Shown: positions 25,571 to 36,480 of the stretch, one piece after another
Numbering within the stretch: the first letter of the stretch is position 1
Layout of the letters: every line of letters starts with the position of its first letter
Source: Antedon mediterranea
Taxonomy: Eukaryota; Animalia; Echinodermata
NCBI RefSeq assembly: GCF_964355755.1
Contig: NC_092674.1
Span: 17,670,001 to 17,734,000, forward strand
DNA: 64,000 bases
Direction: 5' to 3'
Made by a program: the position numbers and the translations under genes
Notes under the pieces: generated by a model
Databases searched by the model: none
What the model was told of the DNA's origin: nothing
Seen by the model: the letters and a program-made list of their open reading frames with translations, nothing else

Positions 25571-27713
25571 CAGGGCTGCAAATTAAGGGGTATTTGGTCG
25601 CATTTGCGACCTAATTTTTCTGTTTGCGACTAAAGCAACAGAATAGGTCGCGCATAGCGTGACAAGATCGTCTGCTTGTGCGAGTTGTTTCAAATTGAAG
25701 TCAGGTGTGTTTTCCCTATTTAACTGTGTTGTAATTTAATCTCTCTCTACTCTACGGAAGGCTCAGGAGTTTCCACTAGTCACCGCCGCCGCAAAGGAGT
25801 CAGGTTCATTCAAGCGTACAAAGCCCCTAAACATTTTACACTCGTTGTGATTGGAAGTTCGTCCATTTATTGTATGCTGCCTTACCCAATCACACAAAAG
25901 GACACCAAATACACAGCACAGTGTGACGCGCGGACGACACAAACCTCGTGGAAAATCACCTCCGTTTTAAAGAAGGAATATAAAAAAAACAATTGTACCG
26001 CCGTACACAGAAGTTAGCCAGGGCGGGCGCGGCAGATACTAAGGATTGTCGCCGCGCAGCCATCAGCATTTTTTAGGCAGTATAATGGTTATATCATGAT
26101 TACTAAATAATGTAATTAATGATATATATATAATAAATTCATTATATAGATTAAACAGCAGTATTGTTTATCAGTAGATTTAATACTTTATTCCAGATTC
26201 TGATTAATATCGAAAATTATATATCAGAGAAAATACCGCAGCTTTTCCTACGAAGTAGCTTCGTAGATAAAACAGGCTACGTTGTTGGCTTTGTAGGTTA
26301 CATTGTTTGGCTTTGTTAGTAACCTCAATAAACAACCTCACGATGTTCTATAGTAAGTAACAAGGTGTGAAAATTATTATTTAATGTGTTAATTTTGACT
26401 GGCGGAAGAGGACCAATTTGTACATTACTAAGAAATATATAATATAATATTTTTTATTCGTAAATGTTTCATTCGTGTGTGTTTTTTTACTCTCAACAAC
26501 GGTGAATATAAATTTCCTACAATGTAAACGTATACGAGACACGATCCAACACAATGAACTATGCCAACTAATAAAAATAATATATCGAACGTCCAGTCGA
26601 TCCAAAAACATGCAAACAAAAAGATCGTAAACAATTCATTCTAAATATAGTATCAGAACGTTCAATCGGTCGCTCAAAAAGACTGCCGACAGAAGACCGT
26701 AATTAATACAGACCTAGTTTTTTGGTCACATGTCATGAAACGCGATACTCTGTTTTACCACGTGGCTACAAAACAGAGTACTTGTACCTGAATTTTGCGT
26801 CACATGAAACATAATACAGCTCTATAAACTGTTCCCACGATTCGCACGTTTTTCCCCTCCAAATTCTGGTCGGGCCTTTTATCGTAATAATAATTTACAA
26901 AGGCCTATGTTAAATCTTAACATGGAATATATATTTATTTTGCATATATTTTGTTTGCGTCCTAGCCAAGGTGTTGTTGTTTTTATAATTCGCTAAACCA
27001 AGGTAGGATTGAATGGCCGGATTGAATCATGTAGGCCGCCGAAACTCTCTCTGCGTGAGTTGAGGGCCTCGGGCCCGATGTCGTCTCGTCAGCGGATGTC
27101 CTGCCAAATTAGGACAACCGATGTGTAGGGCGGCTACAAAAATTAACGTCTTCTAGGATTTTAATTAGCCAACAAATACATGTTTGTTTCCATTGTTCAT
27201 GCTCCTAAAGGCGATGACATTGGTGTATCGGCGCGTAGATATTATCATAAACAATACATTGTAGGCAACGAACAATACTTTGTAAATTGCAGGATACGTT
27301 TAGAGAACAATGACCTACGGTCTATTTACGCGTAGGCTACGAAAGGTTACGCGTATACAAAGCAGTAATTTCTTTCCGTACCGTAAAAAGAATAAATCTT
27401 GCGTGAATATAAGTGGCGCATCAGGACCAGTGCCTAAAATGTGCATAACCCAATTTATGTGCTCAGAAATCGATTGAAACAACCTATAATTACTTAAAAA
27501 TGGGGGGGGGGGGGAAGTTATTTTTATACCCTCCCCCCCCCCCCCCCCCCAACTAAACTAAAAACGGATCTTCGCGGATGGGGTTTGAGGGAAGGGGGTT
27601 GTTGTCGATGAAAAGGTGCTACTAAAAAAATTGGTGGTGCTACCAAAAATTATTATGAGCCATCATACAAATTTGATAGTGCTACCAAGTAAAAAAGTTA
27701 ATTTGCAGCCCTG
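25571..27713. mobile_element. Non-autonomous hAT-type (hAT5-like) DNA transposon inserted in the protease
   Basis: Perfect 16-bp TIR CAGGGCTGCAAATTAA; 5-bp TSD ATACC (25566-25570 and 27714-27718); subterminal TGCGAC/TGCTAC repeats; no long ORF. Confidence 0.9.
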
Positions 27714-29101
27714 ATACCTCTTAACGTAACCCATTTTCCTGGCAAGTAACATTTGTTAGGCACTAGACTTTCCTTAACAGCTGACTGGGTACATCCCGAG
27801 TCTCTAAGCATAGTTATATCCTGTCCTTCTAATTTTCCTGGTATTATACACTTCTCCATTTTATTTTCTACACTATCTATAACTACTTGGGGTCTATCTG
27901 ATTTTAGTCCTTCACATCTTAAGCCATCTTTCACATTCGGGCCCTTCTTAGTGTCACTAGTCTTTCCTTTTGCTACCATCTTAGGACAATCCCCTATTTT
28001 ATGTCCCTTCTCCTTACAATTGAAGCATAGGCCATTAATCCATTCATTTGAAGGTTCTCTCTGTTGGAAATTTCTACCATAGTTATGGAATTTGCCTCCC
28101 CTTCCGCGATACCTATTGTATCCTTGCTGCCTAGCTCCAGGGTTATTCTGAGTCGTACTATTCTTAGGTTTACTATTTTCTTGGCCCTTATAATACGTAG
28201 GCTTATTTTCAGAATTTACGGCATTCCAATAGCCACGGCCACCTCTATTAGCTATATAATCATCGGCTATCATAGCCATATCATAGCTCTTATTTACTTG
28301 TTTATCTCTAAGATAAAGCCTCAGATCTTCAGGCATTTTATCAAGTGCCTGTTCCATTATAATCATTTCAATAATGCCTGCAGCATCATCTTCTTTTACA
28401 TTAGCACATTTCATCCAACATTTTAAATAATGGGAGAGCTCATTCAGCCATTCCCTGATGGACATATCTTTTACTCTGTTTGAATTTCTAAATTTAAATC
28501 TGTAGGTCTCTGCGGACACATCATACTTTTCTAAGATTGCCTTCTTTAAGGTATCATAATCTACACATTCTTTTACGGTTAAGGATGCATATGCTGTCCT
28601 AGCTTTACCAGACAGTTCAGGTGCTAACCTAGCGGACCACGTATTCTTATCCCAACCTGTGGCTTCTGCCAAGTGTTCAAATGTTCTAAAATATATATCA
28701 ATATCATCTGATTCCTTCAAAGTAGGAACCTTTACCTTCATTTCATCTACTATATTCCTAGCATTACTGTAGCTAGACCTATTTTTTAATTCCATCATTT
28801 TTACTCTTTCTTGTGATTCAATTTTTCTTTGCTCTATATCTGCTTCTAATCTTAATTGGTCTTGTTGGTATTGTAATTCTAACTTTTTGTTTTCGGCCTC
28901 GGCCTCGAACTTCATTCGAAAATATTCGAGCATCATATCTTTAGGCATACCGCCGGGTATTTGGGGTAAATCAATATCCCTAGCCATGTTATCATACATT
29001 TCATTGACTTGGTCAACCTCTTCTTGGTCAACCATATCTTCCCTAGTATCTTTGTCTGACATAGTCTTATCTATATTTTTACCCAATCTTAAAGTTGTCA
29101 T
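27714..29101 (-). CDS. gag: gag (coiled coil, SCAN-like capsid region, CCHC knuckle) plus protease N-terminus
   Basis: LSGKARTAY..YDTLKKAILEKY..ETYRFKFR; MEQALDKMPEDLRLYL; CFNCKEKGHKIGDC; protease active site LRDSG; the ORF-track tail RAAN* is encoded by the inserted TIR. Confidence 0.95.
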
Positions 29102-29630
29102 GCTAATAACAATTTTACTAATGAAATATGTAAACTTATGTATATAAAATATGTTATAAAAGTATTTGTATTACCTTGATTCCATTCAGATATGTAAAAA
29201 ATATGAAATCCACATAAATTTTTTTTAATGCAATACAATATAAGACATTAATTTACTTCAAAGTCACAAACAACGTTCCAAGTTCGCTCCGTACAAAAAT
29301 TTACTTTCGAAATAAAAAATAGTTTACAAAGTCTAGTCAGCTTTGCAAATCTTCTCCAAATTTACTGGGCTTCCTTCTGTTACTTCAGTCTTCTTCTTTC
29401 AGACCTCGGTGAATATATACAGTATCTCCGATGAATATCCAGCAGTCTTGAGCTCAACAGTACTTCTTCTTCGTTGTAATATCCAAACAACGCACGGTAT
29501 AAAAACTGTCAGGAATCCAGATCTTCGTAACCATTTAACTTTTTGGTTACTGATTTAACAGGCCCGTAGAGTAGGCACTGTCACTTCTTCTTCTTCTTCT
29601 TGATACTTAAATCATGTAAACAAAAATTTT

Positions 29631-29644
29631 CACCGCTGCCACCA
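29631..29644 (-). promoter_or_regulatory. Primer-binding site, tRNA-Leu type
   Basis: TGGTGGCAGCGGTG immediately after the 5' LTR; complementary to the ...CACCGCTGCCACCA 3' end of animal tRNA-Leu(AAG). Confidence 0.85.
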
Positions 29645-30046
29645 TGTAGTGAATTCATCTTTAGTTGGTTCCGAGCTTTCTCAGGCGTATATATTTCCAC
29701 GCGACGTACACAGCTGTCACTGAATGATAACTCATACAAAAATTATATTTAACTCAACTAGAACTTTTATTCCTTGTAATTCGATTAATACATCTTTCTA
29801 CCACTACCAGTCAAGCCTTAATATTTTCTTTATCATCTTTCCGTTTATCTACTCTGATCTTATTCTCTCTTCTCCTCTAATATCTATTACATTCCACTTT
29901 TATACTGGACATGCAAATTTTAGGCTTCAGCGGAGGATAACATTTTCCCTCCAAAAATTATACGATTTTGATTGGCTAATAATAAGGCGGACCTGGTCTA
30001 AAGCATCCTTCTCTAAACACAGAGAATCACAACATTTATTATGACA
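29645..30046 (-). repeat. 5' LTR (402 bp)
   Basis: Direct repeat of 21829-22229. Confidence 0.95.
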
Positions 30047-30390
30047 ACAACCTATTAATTTAGAACTTAAGTTAACAATTCTTTGTAGTGAGTTTCTGTC
30101 TTTGACCCTCAGACTAAAAAACCAGCATAGTTAAAACGTTCTCAATAAAGGAATTATAAAACACCCTAAGAATTACTTTATCGACATTAAAATGGTTCAG
30201 CTTCCTTAACAGATAAAGTCTCTTGTGTCCTTTCTTTACTATTGCCTCTGTATTTAATTCCCAGCCGAGATTGTCCTCAAATATAGTACCGTATTTAAAG
30301 GAATGGACAATATCGACTGGTTCGTCATTTATGATGGACACCCGATGGTTGCGTCCTTTCTCCTTCCTAAAATCTACAATCTCTCCTAGG
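30047..30390 (-). mobile_element. Rex1/Babar-like LINE 2, 5' half
   Basis: EIVDFRK...SFKY..IFEDNLGW...RLYLLRKL..FNVDKVILRVFYNSFIENVLT; continues across the TSD into 21828. Confidence 0.85.
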
Positions 30391-30449
30391 AGTTTCCACA
30401 AAATTATGCATTGTTACTTTATTTACTATAACCTTGAGTATCCTAAATT

Positions 30450-30653
30450 CAAGAAATATGTTAATACACTGTGCTCAAGTGGACCCAATTTGGCACAAGA
30501 GGAGCACAGTGATATAAAATAGAAATTAAGTCACTAAATTTGAATACAGTATCTCATTCGTATCTAGTACACTGAGCTCAATGAACCCAATTTAGCACGA
30601 GTGGAGTACAGTTATACAAAATAGAAATAAAATCACTAAAAAGTTATATCTCA
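30450..30653 (-). repeat. Minisatellite D (~97 bp), inverted relative to 34575-35206
   Basis: GTTAATACACTGTGCTCAAGTGGACCCAATTTGGC is the reverse complement of the right-hand array. Confidence 0.8.
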
Positions 30654-33600
30654 TTTTAAACAGTTTGGTATGCCGTCGTGGTTGTTATGCAAATGAGTTT
30701 GTGCACGTATATTAAGGGGAAGATAACATGTTACCCATTCGCGGTCAACACGCCACATTGTTAATTGTGATGCTGTTAATCTTTACATTAGAAGATTGTT
30801 CAAATCATTTAAATAAAACATTTCCGGGCGGGAACCCAGCAGCTCTCGAACACAACTTCAGGTGGAAAAGAAGCCCACCCATGAGTACTAAAAATGAAGG
30901 AGCACATGGGCTTCTTTTCGAGGCTTTATGGCAGTCTATTTAATGAAAAATAATAATAATAATAATAAAGTAGTACACGACCGAACAGTTGATAATAGTC
31001 TATTTATAGGTATATTACGTAATTCATCATTACGTCATAAATATCATATTAACCTTGTTAAAACCAAAATGACCAGTTTGCTCAGGCGATTCCCACGCTG
31101 GTCGGTGGAATAGAGTTAAAGGTATGCGACCAACTGTGTTTGGGGTTCACAGAATTATACGTCCCCCTTTCCACCACACATCTTGAGAAGGCACTAGCAA
31201 TGCATCTGGTGATGATGTGGTGGAAGCGACCCCAAGGCTGTGGCAGGGCCTTAGTGCTGAGGCAGGGAGAGCACATTTTTTACTTTATTTTTGGCTTTCG
31301 CTACATGTATTTGATCTCGTAAATTTTATGTTTAGCGCCCTCAATGTTAATGTAAAAAAGAGATTAATTATCTTCGTTACGTGTTTAGAAGAGAATGTAT
31401 GTCTCACCGTAGTTTGTTATGCCGTTCGTTGTTATGCAAATGAGTTTGTGCAGGTGTAGTGAGAAAGATGGTAATGTTAGTTATTCGCAGTCAACACGCC
31501 ACACTGTTGAATTTTGATTTTGTTAATCAATGTTGCTACATTGGTAGCGAAATGTCCGATTCATGCAAGATATTGTATTGTAATATGTCATGAATAAACG
31601 TTTATGGTAGTTGGTGTGTATGGCCCCACCGTCCCAGAATAAACACGTTTTAAACAGATAGTTTGTCTCCGATGATTTTTGAATGGGGTTAATGGATAGA
31701 ACATTTGCAAAGATGCCGATTTCCAGACTGATTTCGAAGCTTAGACTAATTCCGCCGCCGGTCTAGGCCTTAGGCATATACGAAGTCGAGTTTTAAAGTA
31801 GAAAACTCCACCTAAAATTTTGAAGTCGCATCTGGATAGTTGAATTTTTAACAAATATCATAAATATCATAGGTGATTATATATAGTAATAAGTATAAGT
31901 GCAATTCTGGGCTCTATTTTCATTATTAGCTCTGCCCCAAACATGGTGGGCTAGTAGGCCAACTGGAGACTTAATATTTAATTTCATATTTCAATGAATA
32001 GGTGCACTTTCCGGGGACAAGCTCTATTGTCCTAGTCAGTCTTATATAGTTTGTTTCATATAATTTCAAATCATGTAAAGTGCCATTTTTCGGGCGGGAA
32101 TCTATGCAGCTCAATTTTTCAAAATTGTCTTTGTTCAGCCCCAAGCATGGTGGGGTACTGAAGATTCTTATGCATGTTGTTTGAAAAAATAATAGATGTC
32201 GTTTTCGTGGACCTTGCAGCTCTATTTTAAACAGTTTGGTATGCCGTCGTGGTTGTTATGCAAAAGAGATTTTGCACGTATATTAAGGGGAAGATAACAT
32301 GTTACTCATTCGCGGTCAACACGCCACATTGTTAAATTGTGATGCTGTTAATCTTTACATTAGAAGATTGTTCAAATCATTTAAATAAAACATTTCCGGG
32401 CGGGAACCCAGCAGCTCTCGAACACAACTTCAGGTGGAAAAGAAGCCCATCCATGAGTACTAAAAATGAAGGAGCACATGGGCTTCTTTTCGAGGCTTTA
32501 TGGCAGTCTATTTAATGAAAAATAATAATAATAATAATAAAGTAGTACACGACCGAACAGTTGATAATAGTCTATTTATAGGTATATTACGTAATTCATC
32601 ATTACGTCATAAATATCATATTAACCTTGTTAAAACCAAAATGACCAGTTTGCTCAGGCGATTCCCACGCTGGTCGGTGGAATAGAGTTAAAGGTATGCG
32701 ACCAACTGTGTTTGGGGTTCACAGAATTATACGTCCCCCTTTCCACCACACATCTTGAGAAGGCACTAGCAATGCATCTGGTGATGATGTGGTGGAAGCG
32801 ACCCCAAGGCTGTGGCAGGGCCTTAGTGCTGAGGCAGGGAGAGCACATTTTTTTAATTTATTTTTGGCTTTCGCTACATGTATTTGATCTCGTAAATTTT
32901 ATGTTTAGCGCCCTCAATGTTAATGTAAAAAAGAGATTAATTATCTTCGTTACGTGTTTAGAAGAGAATGTATGTCTCACCGTAGTTTGTTATGCCGTTC
33001 GTTGTTATGCAAATGAGTTTGTGCAGGTGTAGTGGGAAAGATGGTAATGTTAGTTATTCGCAGTCAACACGCCACACTGTTGAATTTTGATTTTGTTAAT
33101 CAATGTTGCTACATTGGTAGCGAAATGTCCGATTCATGCAAGATATTGTATTGTAATATGTCATGAATAAACGTTTATGGTAGTTGGTGTGTATGGCCCC
33201 ACCGTCCCAGAATAAACACGTTTTAAACAGATAGTTTGTCTCCGATGATTTTTGAATGGGGTTAATGGATAGAACATTTGCAAAGATGCCGATTTCCAGA
33301 CCGATTTCGAAGCTTAGACTAATTCCGCCGCCGGTCTAGGCCTTAGGCATATACGAAGTCGAGTTTTAAAGTAGAAAACTCCACCTAAAATTTTGAAGTC
33401 GCATCTGGATAGTTGAATTTTTAACAAATATCATAAATATCATAGGTGATTATATATAGTAATAAGTATAAGTGCAATTCTGGGCTCTATTTTCATTATT
33501 AGCTCTGCCCCAAACATGGTGGGCTAGTAGGCCAACTGGAGACTTAATATTTAATTTCATATTTCAATGAATAGGTGCACTTTCCGGGGACAAGCTCTAT

Positions 33601-34400
33601 TGTCCTAGTCAGTCTTATATAGTTTGTTTCATATAATTTCAAATCATGTAAAGTGCCATTTTTCGGGCTGGAATCTATGCAGCTCAATTTTTCAAAATTG
33701 TCTTTGCTCAGCCCCAAGCATGGTGGGGTACTGAAGATTCTTATGCATGTTGTTTGAAAAAATAATAGATGTCATTTTCGTGGACCTTGCAGGTCTATTT
33801 TAAACAGTTTGGTATGCCGTCGTGGTTGTTATGCAAAAGAGTTTTTGCACGTGTATTATGGGGAAGATGTTAGTCATTCGCGGTCAACACGCCACACTGT
33901 TAAATTTTGATGCTGTTAATCTTTACATTAGAAGATTTTTCAAATCATGTAAATAAAACATTTATGGTAGTTGGTGTGTTTGGCCAGAATAAACATGTTT
34001 TAAACAGATACTTTGTCTCCGATGATTTTTGTGTGGGGTTAATGGAGAGTGAAATAAGATCAAATATAGAACATTTGCAAAGATGCCGATTTCCAGACCG
34101 ATTTAATTTAATTTCAAAGCTTAGACTAATTCCGCCTCCGGCTAGGCATTAGGCATATACGAAGTCGAGTTTTTAAAGTAGAAAACTCCACCTAAAATTT
34201 TGAAGTCGCATCTGGATAGTTGAATTTTTAACAAATATCATAAATATCATAGGTGATTATGTATAGTAATAAGTATAAGTATAGGTGCAATTCTGGGCTC
34301 TATTTTTATTATTAGCTCTGTCCCAACCATGGTGGGCTAGTACTGGATACTTCATATTTAATTTCATATTTAAATGAATAAATGGGTGCCCTTTCGGGGG
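30654..34400 (+). repeat. 1572-bp tandem duplication plus a shorter third unit
   Basis: Identical ORFs offset by 1572 bp (30928/32500, 31082/32654); the third unit from ~33798 lacks the ~780-bp middle. Confidence 0.93.
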
Positions 34401-34574
34401 ACACTAAATAAGTATTTATCTTAGACAAACGCAAGTTATTAAAGTCACTGATATGGCTTGAAATTTTTCTTTTGCATTACGGATGGAGTAACTGACATTG
34501 AACATATATACCAAGTTTGAAATATTCTTGAATTCCAGAAGTATTTTTTCTGGATGTTATTGTATGTGACTATT

Positions 34575-35206
34575 TCGCTGTGCTCCACCACTGGCGCCAA
34601 ATTGGATCTACTGGAGCACAATGTATTAACATACGAAAATATATTGAAACTTAATTGGGTCCACTCGGGCACAGTGTATTAACATACGAAAAGATATTAA
34701 CATTCAGTGACTTATTTCTTTTTTATATCACTGTGCTCCGCTTGAGCACAGTGTATTAAGATACGAAAAGATATTGAAACTTAAGTGACTTCAAATTAGG
34801 TCCACTTGAGCACAGTGTATTAACATACGAAAAGATATTGAAACTTAAGTGACTTTATTTCTATTTTATATCTCTGTGCTCCACTGGCGCCAAATTGGGT
34901 CCACTTGAGCACAGTGTATTAACATACTAAAAGATATTAAAATTAAGTGACTTTATTTCTATTTTATATCACTGTGCTCCACTGACGCCAAATTTGGTCC
35001 CCTTGAGCACAGTGTATTAATACGAAAATATTGAAACTTAAGTGACTTTATTTTTATTTTATATCACTGTGCTCCCCTGGTGCCAAATTGTGTCCACTTG
35101 AGCACGGTGTTTTAACATACGAAAAGATATTATAATTTAGTGACTTTATTTCTATTTTATATCACTGTGAGTGCTACCCTGGTGCTAAATTGGGTCCACT
35201 TGAGCA
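34575..35206 (+). repeat. Minisatellite D (~97-bp unit, internally palindromic GAGCACAGTG/CACTGTGCTC)
   Basis: About 6-7 units, some partial. Confidence 0.9.
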
Positions 35207-36198
35207 GTTACCGTAGTATTATTTCTATTATTGAAGTTAATAAAGGCATAAATGGCGCTCCGTAGGGAAGTAGAGAATGCTCCAGTCGTCAGCAGGAATG
35301 ACGCTCTGAATATACCTCATCTGACCTCATCTAATGTAATGCAAAAATCGCGGATTGCTCATTCTTCTGATATAATTAAACAGTGGAGAGAGAGAGCGCT
35401 ACCAGAACACCTACTAGGCCTAGGCATAGGCTATTACATTAATAAACTTTTTTTGAAGTTATTATAAAGAAAGATGGCTAATAAGATAATTAATTTTGGG
35501 GTATTGACAGGTATTAAGGCCGTCTTTTTCTTCATTTACATTATATTCATTGAGGCTGAGTTGGTGTGACAAGAGGGCAGCGGGACGATTCGGCCCTCTC
35601 TCCCCTGCTGATGAGACGATTCGGTCATGCGAGACGATTCGGCCCATTTATATTTATCGGCTTTTAGCCTTTGATACTTACTTATTTACAGGTTAATATA
35701 TAGGCCTTAAATAATGGGCTTGGATAATAGGCATAGCCTTTTAATCTCTATTGTCAATGCTTAATTAAACCAGTTTGATTGAGGGGGTCGACCATGTGGT
35801 AGTGGGTGGGACGTTTCGGCCCAACTTGTTATGTTTATCGGCTTTTGATGCATTTTTATAAGCATAAATTAAGCCTTTTTTTCCAAACTTTCTTTTCAGA
35901 GAGAGACTAGGCCTAGCCTAGGCCTAGTATAGGGGAGATGTACCAATTTGCTGTTAGTGAAAGGTCAAATCATTTATACTACTACTACTAGGAATAACGA
36001 TGCAAAATTAAAAGTTAAAACTAGAATTGAATTCGTCACTTTGACGAATTATAGGTGATCATTTTTATCATTTTACTGAAATTAATCTTTTTTTTACATG
36101 CACGTACGTTAACAATAACATACGATCAGAAAATGTTGATGTATGCCATCCTATTATACTCTTATAGCGTTGTTGAGTTGAGCCTATTATATGGGGTG

Positions 36199-36348
36199 CA
36201 GGTCAAGTCGGCCCCAAACCGTCTCGGCCCCAAGTCAACTCGGCCCCAAGTCAACTCGGCCCCAAGTCAACTCGGCCTCAAGTCAACTCGGCCTCAAGTC
36301 AACTCGGCCTCACGTCAACTCGGCCAAAAACTAATCGGTCAACTCGGC
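36199..36348 (+). repeat. 15-bp tandem repeat (CAAGTCAACTCGGCC), probably a MULE/foldback-type transposon end
   Basis: About 9 units; partner end not seen. Confidence 0.7.
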
Positions 36349-36480
36349 CACAATAAAGTATGGAACGCAAAAAGTGCTTAATATTATTACGATTCTTACT
36401 ATCTACGTTTAAAAAAAAATGAAGAAATAAAAAATATAATATATAAAAAAATGAACTCATTGCCGATATGAATAGGAAGT

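Larger units (their letters stand above)
21829..30046 (-). mobile_element. Full-length Gmr1-like Gypsy/Metaviridae LTR retrotransposon
   Basis: Two TG..CA LTRs, TSD ACAAC (21824-21828 and 30047-30051), PBS, PPT, gag-PR-IN-RT-RH. Confidence 0.97.

Noticed and set aside
30990-31281. Telomerase RNA or H/ACA snoRNA
   Set aside because: No TAACCCTAA-type template and no correctly placed H box despite the terminal ACA
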